Below are positions 53,985-64,000 of a stretch of 64,000 nt of DNA, in pieces (within the stretch, counting starts at the first letter, position 1; the number at the start of each line of letters is the position of its first letter). This DNA is from Gemmatimonadota bacterium. GTDB lineage: Bacteria; Gemmatimonadota; Gemmatimonadetes; Gemmatimonadales; GWC2-71-9. The notes beneath the pieces were generated by a model. That model was not told where the DNA came from. It did no database searches and saw only the letters and a list, made by a program, of their open reading frames with translations. Where the stretch lies: the NCBI GenBank assembly GCA_039588255.1, contig JBDHAF010000001.1, positions 25,488 to 89,487 on the forward strand, read 5' to 3'. Both the position numbers and the translations under genes were made by a program.

Positions 53985-55076
53985 TTGCCGACGACAAACA
54001 TTGACCGGTTGAGAGCCGGTCTCTGCCTATTTGGTCTACTGCTCACCTCCTGTGCCGCCACCGCGCAGACTGGACCACGCCGGGTGATCCTGATGATCTC
54101 CGACGGAGCCGGCGTCGCGCACTGGACGTTGGCGAAGTTTGCGAGATCCGACCTCGCAATCAGCGACTTTCCTGTCGCTGGGTTGGTCGACACGAGAGGA
54201 AGCGGCCACGTCGTGACTGGAAGCGCCGCCGGTGCGACGGCCCTCGCCACGGGCACGCGGACGTTCTTCGGAGCTGTGGGGGTCGGCCCCGACAGCACCG
54301 TCCGGGAGACGGTGCTCGAGGCTGCGAAGGCCAGAGGCCTGGGAACGGGGTTGATCACGACGACCTGGGTCACCGATGCCACACCTGCGGCCTTTGCGGC
54401 CCACGTGCCGGCCCGGGGCCAGCTCGTGGACATCATGATGCAGATGACGGAGCTTCCGGTCGATGTCATCTTCGGTGGCGGCCGCCGCGTTTTCGATATC
54501 GCCGAGCGGAGGGATTCCATCGATCTCCGGGGACCAGTCACCGCGCGGTACTCCTATATCGAAACCGCAGAGGAGCTAGAGCGGCTCGACCCCAGCAGCG
54601 TCCTGTTGCCTCTCCTCGGACTGTTCTCCGCGAGTGACATGGCGCGGGCCCCCGAGCGCTCACCCAGTCTCACCAGCATGATGACCACGGCCCTCGACAT
54701 TCTCGACCGCAATCCCGAGGGCTTTTTTCTCATGGTGGAGAACGAGGGTTCCGACACGGAAGCCCATGGCAACGTCGAGAGGAACGTGCTGGTCGCGGAG
54801 ATGCTGGATTTCGACGACGCCGTGCGGGTCGCGCTGGAGTACCAAGAACGCCATCCCGAAACATTGATCGTCGTGACGGCGGACCACGAGACGGGAGGCA
54901 TTAGCCTCAACCCCGATCGGGAACGGAACGTGATCCTCGGCTACTCCACCGGTGACCACACCGCAGCCCTGGTTCCGCTCTTCGCTCGCGGGCCAGGCGC
55001 CGAGCGATTCGGCGGCCTCCGAGAAAACTGGCAGATTGGTCAGTTGTTACTCCAAGCGGTGCAGCGTGACCCGTGA
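53985..55076 (+). CDS. Alkaline phosphatase (PhoA family), probable lipoprotein
   Basis: VILMISDG, TGSAAGATA, DATPAAF, FFLMVE, TADHETGG, HT; LLTSC lipobox-like. Confidence 0.88.
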   Translation: MPTTNIDRLRAGLCLFGLLLTSCAATAQTGPRRVILMISDGAGVAHWTLAKFARSDLAISDFPVAGLVDTRGSGHVVTGSAAGATALATGTRTFFGAVGVGPDSTVRETVLEAAKARGLGTGLITTTWVTDATPAAFAAHVPARGQLVDIMMQMTELPVDVIFGGGRRVFDIAERRDSIDLRGPVTARYSYIETAEELERLDPSSVLLPLLGLFSASDMARAPERSPSLTSMMTTALDILDRNPEGFFLMVENEGSDTEAHGNVERNVLVAEMLDFDDAVRVALEYQERHPETLIVVTADHETGGISLNPDRERNVILGYSTGDHTAALVPLFARGPGAERFGGLRENWQIGQLLLQAVQRDP

Positions 55077-55231
55077 GCCTTCGCGCAACGTCAGTAGCCG
55101 TTCTCGTCGCCACACCCTTGATCGGGCTCGTGCGCGGTGGAGCACGTGGCAAGTCTTGCTTCTATTGAATTTCACGATGTTTTCAACTCGACGAGGCTAA
55201 GAAGGTCGGATCGCCTCGGGAAAACATCGTC

Positions 55232-56476
55232 ATGCAAGAATCCTTAACACTGGGTGGCCGGCCCGGACTTCGCACCGCGAGCTTCGCAGCGGGTGTGGGC
55301 ATGATCGCGGCATCCCTCATCACGATTCGGCACTTCTTCACCGCCAACTACCCTTCGTCGATTTACGAGGGGTCCGTCTGCGACATCAACGCGTTCTTCA
55401 ACTGCGATAGCTCCGCGTACTCCGTCATCGCACAGATCGGAGGGGTCCCGCTCGGCTATTTCGGTTTGATGGTGGGCGGATTGGTCGCCCTCGGAGCAGT
55501 GTTCCCCTCAGCACGCTTCGAACGAACCAACAAGTCGATCGCCCTGGTCAACGCGCTCGGGGTCATTGCCCTCTTTCTCTTCTCGATCCTGTATCTGAAT
55601 AGTTTCTGCCTCTTCTGCAGTGTGTACTGGGTTCTTTCCCTGGCGAATTTCGCCCTCTTCTGGAAGTATGGGATCGACTGGGACGCATCAACATTCGTTG
55701 CTCGCTACCTCCAGCCGTCCCCTAAGCTCCTCGCCACGTTTGCCGTGGTGATGCTGGGAGGAGCATACGGATTCTCGACCTTTCATGAGGCCAAGAAGGA
55801 CGCACAATCTGGTGGAGTCGCCGCGCGTATCGTGCAACAATTCTACAATCTTCCCGAGGTGACACCGCCCAGCACCATCTCTCCATTCATGGCCGTCCAG
55901 GCGACCGAGCGATTCGAGGACGCACCCATTCGCATCGTTGAGTACGGAGACTTCCTCTGCCCGGACTGCGTGTACCTCTACAGACAACTGAAGCGCCTCG
56001 AGATCGAATTTGCCGGACAGATCAGTCTCGCTTTTCAGCACTTCCCGCTCGACCGCCAGTGCAACGACGTGGTCGACAAGGACAAGCACCCCGGTGCCTG
56101 CGACCTCTCCTATATCTCATCGCATCGGCCGAGCAGGTTCAAGGAGATCTACAACGAGATCTTCACCAACTTTCCGGCGTCGAAGGACCCCGAGTGGATA
56201 CAGAACTTGGCGGAGCGGTACGAGGTAGCAGACGCCGTGACCGACAGCACCACGCAGGAGTTGGTGCACCGCATCATCGAGACCGGCCGGGAGTACGAGA
56301 AGACCTCAGAACAGTACGCCCATGGCATCCGCTCGACCCCCACGATGATCATCAACGACCGCATGATCATCGGCACATTCCCGTACGATCAGCTACGGGC
56401 CATCTTCCAGGCCCTGATCTACGAATACGAGCAGGAGATCGACTCCAAGAATTTCATCGAAGACTGGGTGTCGTAG
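55232..56476 (+). CDS. VKOR family protein fused to a DsbA/thioredoxin domain
   Basis: CDINAFFNC..S.YS, GVPLG, CLFC in the TM part; DFLCPDC, HFPL, STPT in the soluble part. Confidence 0.88.
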   Translation: MQESLTLGGRPGLRTASFAAGVGMIAASLITIRHFFTANYPSSIYEGSVCDINAFFNCDSSAYSVIAQIGGVPLGYFGLMVGGLVALGAVFPSARFERTNKSIALVNALGVIALFLFSILYLNSFCLFCSVYWVLSLANFALFWKYGIDWDASTFVARYLQPSPKLLATFAVVMLGGAYGFSTFHEAKKDAQSGGVAARIVQQFYNLPEVTPPSTISPFMAVQATERFEDAPIRIVEYGDFLCPDCVYLYRQLKRLEIEFAGQISLAFQHFPLDRQCNDVVDKDKHPGACDLSYISSHRPSRFKEIYNEIFTNFPASKDPEWIQNLAERYEVADAVTDSTTQELVHRIIETGREYEKTSEQYAHGIRSTPTMIINDRMIIGTFPYDQLRAIFQALIYEYEQEIDSKNFIEDWVS

Positions 56477-56512
56477 ACGGTGAGGCAGCTGCTGGCCGCC
56501 CGATAGCACACG

Positions 56513-57781
56513 CTACGGATGCTTCCGCTTGTACACCGTCCCACCCTTCATCACGAACTGAACCTCCTCCATCACGCGGATGTTCTCGAGGGGATTTCCC
56601 TCCACCGCGATGATGTCCGCAAGGAATCCTTCGGCGATCTGGCCCCTGTCATCGTAGCCTAGGATCCCCGCCGCCGTCGTCGTGGCTGCCCGAAGCGCGT
56701 CGATCGGCGACATGGCCAGATCCACCATCACCCCGAACTCCTTGGCGTTGTCACCGTGCGGATACACGGCGGCATCCGTCCCGAACGCGATATTCACTCC
56801 GCCTCGGATTGCCCTCCTGAGACTCTCCCGGGCAAGGGGGAGAACGTACTCGGCCTTGGCCCGGATCGGCGGTGGCAGGTTGTCCAGATCGATGGCGTCG
56901 ACGAGGTAGGTGGTGGGAACGAGAAACGTTCCGTGCTCCAGCATCAGTCGGATCGACTCGTCGGACAACATCGATCCGTGCTCGATGCTGGTGACGCCGG
57001 CTCTGATGGCGTCGTTGATGCCCTCCGTGCCGTGGGCGTGGGCCGCCACGTGCATGCCGTGACGATCTGCCTCCTCCACGATCGTCTGCATCTCCTCGAG
57101 AGAGAACTGCTGCGCCCCCACGGGTCCCTCGAAGGAGAGCACACCGGCGGTTGCACAGATCTTGATGAACTTGGCGCCGTGCTTGACCTGGTAGCGCAAA
57201 GCGCGGAGCACCCCCTCGGGTCCATCCCCGACGCCGTCGCGGTAATCCGTTTCCACTACCCCCGGGGCGTAGCCGGTCACGTCACAGTGGCCGCCCGTGA
57301 TTCCCAGGGGATTGACCCCGGGGAAGATGCGCGGGCCTTCGACGAACCCCTGGTCGATCCCACGCATCAGGGCCACCCCAGCGTGGCCGCTCATGTCCCG
57401 TGCCGACGTAAACCCCGCCATCAGCGTGCGGCGCGCATTGCGGGCGCCCCGGAGGGCAGCGTCAGCGTCCGTCTCCCTCACGCCCCGGTTCGTCCAGTCT
57501 CCTTCCAGGTCGCCGGTGAGGTGCGTGTGCAAGTCGGTCAATCCCGGCACGAGGGTGACGTCGCCCAGGTCGATGACCTCTGCACCCTGTGGCACGCCAC
57601 CACCCACCCGGGCAATCCGGTCGCCCTCAACCACGACCACGGCGTCTGCCACGATGCGGCCGGACGCGACGTTCAGCATCCGCTCGGCCCGCACCACCGT
57701 GGTCTGGGCGGCCGTCTCATACGAGCCAAACGCAGTCGCCGCCAGAACACACGCGAGAGAACCGAATCTCTTCCCAATCAT
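56513..57781 (-). CDS. Metal-dependent amidohydrolase (Xaa-Pro dipeptidase/prolidase-like)
   Basis: PGLTDLHTH, TGGHCD, AAHAHG, SIEHG, FGTDA; signal peptide. Confidence 0.88.
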   Translation of the reverse strand: MIGKRFGSLACVLAATAFGSYETAAQTTVVRAERMLNVASGRIVADAVVVVEGDRIARVGGGVPQGAEVIDLGDVTLVPGLTDLHTHLTGDLEGDWTNRGVRETDADAALRGARNARRTLMAGFTSARDMSGHAGVALMRGIDQGFVEGPRIFPGVNPLGITGGHCDVTGYAPGVVETDYRDGVGDGPEGVLRALRYQVKHGAKFIKICATAGVLSFEGPVGAQQFSLEEMQTIVEEADRHGMHVAAHAHGTEGINDAIRAGVTSIEHGSMLSDESIRLMLEHGTFLVPTTYLVDAIDLDNLPPPIRAKAEYVLPLARESLRRAIRGGVNIAFGTDAAVYPHGDNAKEFGVMVDLAMSPIDALRAATTTAAGILGYDDRGQIAEGFLADIIAVEGNPLENIRVMEEVQFVMKGGTVYKRKHP

Positions 57782-57834
57782 GGACACCTCGACAAAGGGT
57801 TGGATTTGTGAATAACCAGCCAGCCACCACACCG

Positions 57835-59406
57835 TCAGTTACGTGTCAACACGCTTCCGTACAACTCCGTGTTGAACTCCCCCCGCTCCACGGCCATCCG
57901 CCCACCCACGAAAACGTACTCCACGCCTTCTGAGAATTGGTGTGGGTCGCGATAGGTCGCCTTGTCGACGAAGCGCTCGAGATCGAACACGACGAAGTCG
58001 GCGACGGCACCCTCACGGATGACTCCGCGATCCGGCATGCCGAACACCGCGGCAGGCAGCGACGTCATGCTGCGAATCGCCGCAGGGAGATCCATCACCC
58101 CTTCCTCACCCACGTACTTCCGTATCTTGCGGGGAAACGTGCCGTAGAACCGGGGGTGGGGGACGCCACGTCCCATCTCGGTGAGCCCGCCGTCGGAGCT
58201 GGTCATCGTCCAGGGCTGGCGCATCAGGGCGGCGATGTCGTCTTCATCCATGTTGAACGATACGAGCCCCGCACCTCCCGCCTGGAGCAATTGGAGCGCC
58301 AGGTCCGCGGACTCCATCCCGCGGTCCCGCGCCACCTCTTCCATCGTCCGCCCTTCGATGGACGGATCTGCCTCATGCCGGGAAAACTGCAACCGCCCGG
58401 CGCCACCCCGCCTGTCCAGGTTGACGACCACGTCGGCCCGAAGGTGCGCCCGTGTCTCCGGGTTCAGCATGCGCTCCAGTAGCACCCCGCGCCCGCCCAC
58501 CTGTGCCCATCGGGGGATGAGGGCTCCGGTGATACTCGTCCCTGAGGCCTCGTAGGGATACTGATCGGCATACACCCGCAAACCTTCCTCCCGGGCCTCC
58601 TCGATGTGCTGGACGATCGTTCGCGACTCGCCCCACACACGCGGTCCCAACGCCTTCACGTGGGTCACGACTCCGGTGATGTCCGCGTCCCGAGCGATGC
58701 GGATGACTTCGTCCACGGCACCGACGACCCCGATGTTGTAGTCGGCCTCGTCACGGATATGGCTGGTATACACCCCCGCGTATTCCGACACCGCTCGAGC
58801 CAGCGCGATCACCTCTTCGGTTGCCGCGTAGCTTCCCGGCGCATAGTACAGCCCGCTGGAAAGCCCGAACGCCCCGGCCTCCATCCCCCCGCGGGTGAGC
58901 TCGATCATCCGGTCCAGCTGGCCCGCGGTGGGGTGACCATCCTCCATGCCCAGGACCGCCCGGCGCACCGATCCGTGGGGCACCAGCTGCGCCACATTGA
59001 CGCCAAGCCCATGCTCCAAGAGGTCACGTCGCTGCTGCACCAGGTCCACCGGTCCGCCCCCGTCGGGATTGATCACCACGGTGGTGACGCCTTGGGCCAG
59101 GAGCGGTCGAGCGTGGCTCAATTCTTCACTCACCAGACCACCGCTGGCGTGGGAGTGGGGATCGATGAATCCGGGAGAGACCACCAGACCGGTGGCATCC
59201 ACGACCACATTTGCCGTGGCACCCACTAGGAGACCTATCGCCACGATGCGATCTCCACGGATGGCCAGCGACGTGACCACTCCGGGATTGCCCAGTCCAT
59301 CGAGGACGCGCCCACCGCGAATCAGTACGTCGTACTGGGCCGCGCCCGGCGTTACTCCACACAGCATCACGACGATTACCGGCAGAATCATTGCCTTGTG
59401 TTTCAT
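57835..59406 (-). CDS. N-acyl-D-amino-acid deacylase family protein
   Basis: PGFIDPHSH, QGVTT, GLYYAPG, SHIRDE, DQYPY, SSDG, HPRFYGTFPR. Confidence 0.9.
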   Translation of the reverse strand: MKHKAMILPVIVVMLCGVTPGAAQYDVLIRGGRVLDGLGNPGVVTSLAIRGDRIVAIGLLVGATANVVVDATGLVVSPGFIDPHSHASGGLVSEELSHARPLLAQGVTTVVINPDGGGPVDLVQQRRDLLEHGLGVNVAQLVPHGSVRRAVLGMEDGHPTAGQLDRMIELTRGGMEAGAFGLSSGLYYAPGSYAATEEVIALARAVSEYAGVYTSHIRDEADYNIGVVGAVDEVIRIARDADITGVVTHVKALGPRVWGESRTIVQHIEEAREEGLRVYADQYPYEASGTSITGALIPRWAQVGGRGVLLERMLNPETRAHLRADVVVNLDRRGGAGRLQFSRHEADPSIEGRTMEEVARDRGMESADLALQLLQAGGAGLVSFNMDEDDIAALMRQPWTMTSSDGGLTEMGRGVPHPRFYGTFPRKIRKYVGEEGVMDLPAAIRSMTSLPAAVFGMPDRGVIREGAVADFVVFDLERFVDKATYRDPHQFSEGVEYVFVGGRMAVERGEFNTELYGSVLTRN

Positions 59407-59420
59407 GACTCCCCCACGAA

Positions 59421-59996
59421 TTAAAACGCGAACAGCTTTGTCACTTTTGCGGCTACCACCCGATCCAGCACCACACCGACATCCAGATCCCGACGTTCGG
59501 TGTACACGAGAAAGAAATCGCTCAGCGGCGCGTGGATGAAGTACTCGACGTGGCCCACCATCACGTCCGTGGAAAACGAGCCGCCCGGCAATGAGATGTC
59601 GTTGTGACTCCACGAGGCATCGAATGCCCACCGGTATCTGGCCCTCCAGATAGCGCTGCCCGACACCGTGTAGCGCGAACCGTTCCAGAAACCGCCCCCG
59701 CTGAGGCTCACCCTGGCCGAGAGCGGCCGGGCGCGGCTCGACGTGTAGGTCACGCTCCCTTGGTTGGTCGCATAATATCCCAGTGGAATCGGAATTCCGG
59801 ATACACTGAAGGGTGTGTCCAGGCGCTCAAAACCGTTCTGATACCTCAGATTGAGGGTGCTGCCATCCAGGAACTGCATGCCAAACCCAATCACGGCGTT
59901 TCTAGTCTGGAGAACGTTCTGGAGATCCGTGACATAGTGGATCTCACCGTAGGGGTTGATCTCTTGGACGGCGGCCATCTGCGGTCGAGGATGCGC
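59421..59996 (-). pseudogene. C-terminal remnant of an outer-membrane beta-barrel (DUF5916/CBM9-associated type)
   Basis: Beta-strand-rich fragment ending IHAPLSDFFLVYTERR...KVTKLFAF; no credible start or signal peptide; upstream in-frame sequence looks non-coding. Confidence 0.6.
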
Positions 59997-60141
59997 AACG
60001 TGAAGCCATCCCCCTTCATCGGTCGTGATGTCGTCATTGCCGTGGGAAGATGACCGAAAGCCGGCCCGACGGAAGGACCGCTCCCGACACTTTCGCTGGC
60101 ATGTTTCGTAGGGTGAAACGCGTGACACGGCCCCGGCAGCC

Positions 60142-60271
60142 TGTCCGCTTGTGGGACCGGAATCCCACATCCGGACTCGGAAACTCCGCATGAAGACATC
60201 TTTTCGAGATCCGTAACCTACTGAAATAAAAAGGTTTAATGGATGTCGCAGATTCCGGCACGTTCTCTGCT
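60142..60271 (+). promoter_or_regulatory. sigma54 (-24/-12) promoter with IHF-like AT tract and candidate activator sites
   Basis: CCGGCACGTTCTCTGCT (GG-N10-GC, 60255-60271); TAACCTACTGAAATAAAAAGGTTTA; inverted repeat GTCCG..TGTGGGA / TCCCACA..CGGAC at 60143-60176. Confidence 0.6.
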
Positions 60272-60321
60272 ATACCGGGCCACAGAGACACCGCCGTCTC
60301 CACGTCATTGAGGATCAGGAA

Positions 60322-61569
60322 ATGGACATCCCTCGCGAAAAAACGAAGAGTCCCAAGAAGTACATCTTCGGCGCGGTTGCCGTAGCAGCTGTCGTCGCGA
60401 CCACCGTGGGGCTGGCCCGGCTGAAGCCGGCCGCGCCCGGAGTGGATCGGGCCGCCATCTGGTTCGGCCACGTGGAGCGGGGCGAGCTCGTTCGGCAGGT
60501 GCGGGGCCCCGGGACGCTGGTCCCGGAGGGGATGCGCTTCGTCTCTGCCCTGAATTCCGGGCGCATCGAGGAGAAGCTGCACCTTCCGGGTGACACGGTC
60601 TCCGCGGAAACGGTCATCCTCCGGATGAGCAATCCGGACATCGAGCTCCAGGCCCTGGCCGCCGAGCAGTCCCTGTCCCAGGCGGAGGCCGGCCTGATCG
60701 CCCTGAAGTCAGGCCTCCAAAACGGCCGCCTGGCCCAGCAGGGAGTCGTCGCCAACATCAAGACCCAATACCTGGCGGCGCAACGCGCCATCCAGCAGAA
60801 CGAAGAGCTGAAGGAGCGGAATCTCATATCCGAGTCGGATCTCCAGGGGTCCCGGGAGCTGGCCATCGAGCTGGAGGCCCGGCTGTCCATTGAGGAGGAC
60901 CGGCTCGAGATCATGACCTCGTCCATGGAGGAGCAACTGGGAGTCGAGGAGCGGCAGATCCTCCGGCTACAGGAGATGCGGGATTTCCGCCGGCGCCAGC
61001 TGGCCCAGATGAACGTGCCGGCGGGAGCCAGTGGGATCATCCGGGAGCTCAATCTCGAAGCTGGTGAGTGGGTGAATTCGGGACAGCTGATGGCCGTGGT
61101 GGTGCAGCCGGGCCGACTTCGGGCCGATCTCCGGATTCCCGAGACCCAGGTCCAGGATGTGGTGGTGGGACAGTTCGCCTTCATCGACACGCGGACCGAC
61201 ACCATCCCGGGTAGGGTCCAGCACATCGATCCGGCGGCCGTGAACGGCACGGTGCGGGTGGAGGTGAGGCTCGAGATCGACCGGCTGCCGCCCAGTGCCC
61301 GTCCGGATCTGAGCGTGGACGGCACGGTGGAGATCGAGCGGCTGGGGGACGTCCTCCACATGGGACGCCCAGCCTTCGGCTCGGCCCGGCAGAAGGTGGG
61401 TATCTTTCGGCTGGTGCCGGGGACCAGTGAGGCGGTCAGGGTGACTGTCCAGCTGGGGGTGAGCTCGGTGAACGAGGTGGAGGTCCAGAGCGGCCTGGCC
61501 CAGGGTGATTCCGTCATCCTGTCGGACATGGCTCGCTGGGATGCCTTCGACCGCGTCCGGCTCCGCTGA
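60322..61569 (+). CDS. Efflux periplasmic adaptor (MacA/HlyD family)
   Basis: N-terminal TM, VRGPGTLVP, long coiled coil, GRVQHIDP, GLAQGDSVI. Confidence 0.9.
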   Translation: MDIPREKTKSPKKYIFGAVAVAAVVATTVGLARLKPAAPGVDRAAIWFGHVERGELVRQVRGPGTLVPEGMRFVSALNSGRIEEKLHLPGDTVSAETVILRMSNPDIELQALAAEQSLSQAEAGLIALKSGLQNGRLAQQGVVANIKTQYLAAQRAIQQNEELKERNLISESDLQGSRELAIELEARLSIEEDRLEIMTSSMEEQLGVEERQILRLQEMRDFRRRQLAQMNVPAGASGIIRELNLEAGEWVNSGQLMAVVVQPGRLRADLRIPETQVQDVVVGQFAFIDTRTDTIPGRVQHIDPAAVNGTVRVEVRLEIDRLPPSARPDLSVDGTVEIERLGDVLHMGRPAFGSARQKVGIFRLVPGTSEAVRVTVQLGVSSVNEVEVQSGLAQGDSVILSDMARWDAFDRVRLR

Positions 61570-61573
61570 GGCC

Positions 61574-61600
61574 TGAAACCTTGTCGGTTTGGGGGACGTA
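61574..61600 (+). promoter_or_regulatory. Candidate ECF (sigmaW-like) internal promoter
   Basis: TGAAAC-N17-CGTA in the 229 nt gap before the ATPase gene. Confidence 0.4.
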
Positions 61601-61798
61601 CTGAGGTACACAGACAGAAATTGTCGGCGTGTTGCTAGCCTTGCTGCCAGGCGAGGTTCTCGCCGGAGGGGACGAGTTGGGTCCACGCTATGCCCGAAGC
61701 AGCACGCCGCGCTTCTTTTCGATTCAGCAGCAGGAACACAACGGAACCCGAGCGAGGCCCGGACGGCCGGCTCAAACGGTAAGGAGTAACACATCATC

Positions 61799-62503
61799 AT
61801 GGATGCTTCCGCCAAGCCACTGATCGAGCTCGACGGCATCACGAAGGTGTTCTACACAGATGAGGTTGAGACCCACGCGTTGTCGGGAATCCATTTGAGC
61901 ATCCAGCCGGGTGAGTTTGTGGCCATCGCCGGACCCTCGGGTTGTGGCAAGACCACGCTGCTCTCCATCCTGGGCTTGCTGGATTCATCCACCGAAGGGA
62001 CGTATCTGCTGGACGGGGAGCCCGCCATGGGGCTGACGGCCTCCCAGCGGGCGTACATCCGCAACCGGCAAATCGGCTTCATTTTCCAGGCGTTCAACCT
62101 GATCGGCGATCTCACGGTATACGAGAACGTCGAATTGCCGCTGACGTACCGCGGCATGCCCGGCGCCGAGCGCAAGAAGCGGGTTCACGACGCCCTGGAG
62201 AAGGTGGGCATGGCGCACCGGATCAAGCACTATCCGTCACAGCTCTCGGGCGGTCAGCAGCAGCGCGTCGCCGTGGCCCGCGCGGTGGCCGGCGATCCAC
62301 TCCTTCTGCTGGCGGACGAGCCGACTGGTAACCTCGACTCGACCAACGGCGAAGCCGTGATGGACCTCATGCGCGAGTTGCACGGGGAGGGAGCAACCAT
62401 CGTCATGGTGACCCACGATCCGCGATACGCGCACTGCGCCGAGCGCTCCATTCATCTCTTCGACGGCCGCGTCGTCGAGGAGAACGCCGGCGCTCAACAG
62501 TAA
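61799..62503 (+). CDS. ABC ATP-binding protein (MacB/LolD family)
   Basis: [35 protein letters not shown]. Confidence 0.94.
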   Translation: MDASAKPLIELDGITKVFYTDEVETHALSGIHLSIQPGEFVAIAGPSGCGKTTLLSILGLLDSSTEGTYLLDGEPAMGLTASQRAYIRNRQIGFIFQAFNLIGDLTVYENVELPLTYRGMPGAERKKRVHDALEKVGMAHRIKHYPSQLSGGQQQRVAVARAVAGDPLLLLADEPTGNLDSTNGEAVMDLMRELHGEGATIVMVTHDPRYAHCAERSIHLFDGRVVEENAGAQQ

Positions 62504-62527
62504 GGGGCGCAACGGGCCAGCAGGAGA

Positions 62528-62567
62528 GCGGCGCCCTCCAAGCCAGTTGGGGGGCGCCGTTTTGCTT
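62528..62567 (+). terminator. Intrinsic terminator between the two ATPase genes
   Basis: GCGGCGCCCTCCAA-GCCAG-TTGGGGGGCGCCGT followed by TTTGCTT. Confidence 0.7.
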
Positions 62568-62707
62568 CCAGGCGGGCATGTTCCGAGGACAACCAGGTCG
62601 CAATCCCAGGGGGCGGGCAGTATGTTTTGGACCTGCCGTCAGACGGGTCGCTCTGCAGCTCCCGGATGCCGTCTCGTGACAACCATTCAGGCCGTAAAGG
62701 TCTCTCA

Positions 62708-63376
62708 ATGATCAAGCTGAGGAATCTCGAGAAGTTCTACGAGTCGGGCGCGGGCCGAACCTACGTGCTGCGCCAGATAAACGTCGAGGTCGGAGAGGGC
62801 GAGTTCATCACTATCATGGGCCCCTCCGGCGCAGGAAAGACGACGCTGCTGAGCATCCTGGGGATGCTGGACGGAGCCTGGAACGGGGAGTATTGGCTCT
62901 ACGACAATCCGGTTCACGAGCTCAAGACAAAGCATCGCAACGAGCTGCACAAGCGCTACATCGGATTCGTGTTCCAGCAGTACCACCTCCTCGACAACCT
63001 CACGGTTTACGAAAACCTCGACATTCCTCTCTCCTATCGGAATGTGAAGCGGTCCGAGCGCGCGGCGATCGTCGCCGACGCCCTCGACCGCTTTCATATC
63101 GTCGGGAAGAAGGACCTCTATCCCAGCCAGCTCTCCGGTGGCCAGCAGCAGCTCGTTGCCGTTGCGCGGGCCGTGATCGCCGATCCCAAGCTCATTCTGG
63201 CGGACGAGCCCACGGGCAACCTTCACACCACGCAGGGACGCGAGATCATGGAGCTGTTCAAGCGGCTGAACTCGGAGGGCACGACCATCATCCAGGTCAC
63301 CCACTCCGAAGCGAACGCCGCCTACGGCAATCGCATCATCGACCTTTTGGACGGCTGGGTCGTCGAAAAAGAGTGA
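62708..63376 (+). CDS. Second ABC ATP-binding protein (MacB/LolD family)
   Basis: [30 protein letters not shown]. Confidence 0.93.
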   Translation: MIKLRNLEKFYESGAGRTYVLRQINVEVGEGEFITIMGPSGAGKTTLLSILGMLDGAWNGEYWLYDNPVHELKTKHRNELHKRYIGFVFQQYHLLDNLTVYENLDIPLSYRNVKRSERAAIVADALDRFHIVGKKDLYPSQLSGGQQQLVAVARAVIADPKLILADEPTGNLHTTQGREIMELFKRLNSEGTTIIQVTHSEANAAYGNRIIDLLDGWVVEKE

Positions 63377-63458
63377 GCAGCACACCCGGCACCGCCTCTC
63401 GCACACGCCCGAAATACTCCGCCTGAACCCACGACCAAAACAACTAGGGAGCTTCCCG

Positions 63459-64000
63459 ATGAACGTACGTCGCCTCCCGATCGCCTCGATCGTCCCTCTG
63501 GCTCTCTTGGCGGTCACACCGCTCGCCACCATGGCTCAGCGCCCCGCTGGGCGGCGCGCAAAGCCCCTCCCCCTGGAGGGCACGCGGACCGTCTCGTTTA
63601 CCACGGACGAAGGATCCTGGATGTCCCTCGACGTGAGTCCCGACGGGCAGACCATCGTCTTCGATCTGCTGGGCGACCTCTACACCGTGCCCATCACTGG
63701 TGGTACCCCCACGCAGCTCACGAGCGGCATGGCCCTCGACGCCCAACCGCGGTACAGCCCCGACGGCACGAGGATCGTTTTCACCTCCGATCGGGACGGC
63801 GGGGAGAACGTCTGGATCATGTCAGTTGACGGTTCCGACACCACGCAGATCACGAGCGACCGGCACGACGCGTACATCTCCCCCGAGTGGACCCCCGACG
63901 GCAACTACGTCGTAGCGTCGAAGGGCCGCAACAGCAAGCTGTGGATGTACCACGTCGACGGTGGATCCGGAGTCCAACTGTTGGAGGAGCCCGCCAATCT
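63459..64000 (+). CDS. Secreted TolB/PD40 beta-propeller protein (likely amidohydrolase N-terminus), 3' truncated; not in ORF track
   Basis: Manual translation: MNVRRLPIASIVPLALLAV...FTTDEGSWMSLDVSPDGQTIVFDLLGDLY...QPRYSPDG..IVFTSDRDG; AGGGAG RBS. Confidence 0.85.
   Translation, partial: MNVRRLPIASIVPLALLAVTPLATMAQRPAGRRAKPLPLEGTRTVSFTTDEGSWMSLDVSPDGQTIVFDLLGDLYTVPITGGTPTQLTSGMALDAQPRYSPDGTRIVFTSDRDGGENVWIMSVDGSDTTQITSDRHDAYISPEWTPDGNYVVASKGRNSKLWMYHVDGGSGVQLLEEPAN

Noticed and set aside
55232..56476. VKOR-DsbA fusion as a novel system
   Set aside because: VKOR-thioredoxin-fold fusions are an established disulfide-formation architecture
59407..59631. Long N-terminal extensions given by the ORF track (also for apbE, rnfG, PFOR, korA, S9, YIP1)
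   Set aside because: Downstream ATGs with RBS or stop/start coupling fit better, and several extensions overlap neighbouring genes
61624..61640. Second sigma54 promoter (GG-N10-GC)
   Set aside because: Flanking bases deviate from TGGCACG/TTGC and no activator or IHF context is visible

Overview
GC-rich bacterial chromosomal window with about 55 CDS. I found no rRNA, tRNA, CRISPR array, transposase or prophage. Gene content (PadR plus duplicated orphan MacB-type permease, many secreted peptidases and amidohydrolases, TonB receptor with ECF sigma/anti-sigma) suggests Gemmatimonadota or a similar lineage; this is inference. The centrepiece is a ~15 kb tightly coupled minus-strand operon: korA-korB-unknown-rnfB-PFOR-rnfC-rnfD-rnfG-rnfE-rnfA-small Cys-rich protein-apbE. 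In it, a ~1680 aa pyruvate:ferredoxin oxidoreductase with a tethered C-terminal ferredoxin sits inside the Rnf gene set, and the operon is divergent from glpX. Other notable signals: (1) a uORF/antiterminator/terminator attenuator in front of an ABC exporter plus DUF1854-like pair; (2) a dispersed ~115-120 bp palindromic element in 5 copies; (3) three small ORFs missed by the ORF track; (4) a T5orf172/GIY-YIG plus SEL1 fusion; (5) an orphan multi-Zn-ribbon protein; (6) readable MarR, PadR, ECF, sigma54 and leaderless-sigma70 regulatory sites. All calls come from reading motifs by eye; no database searches were run.
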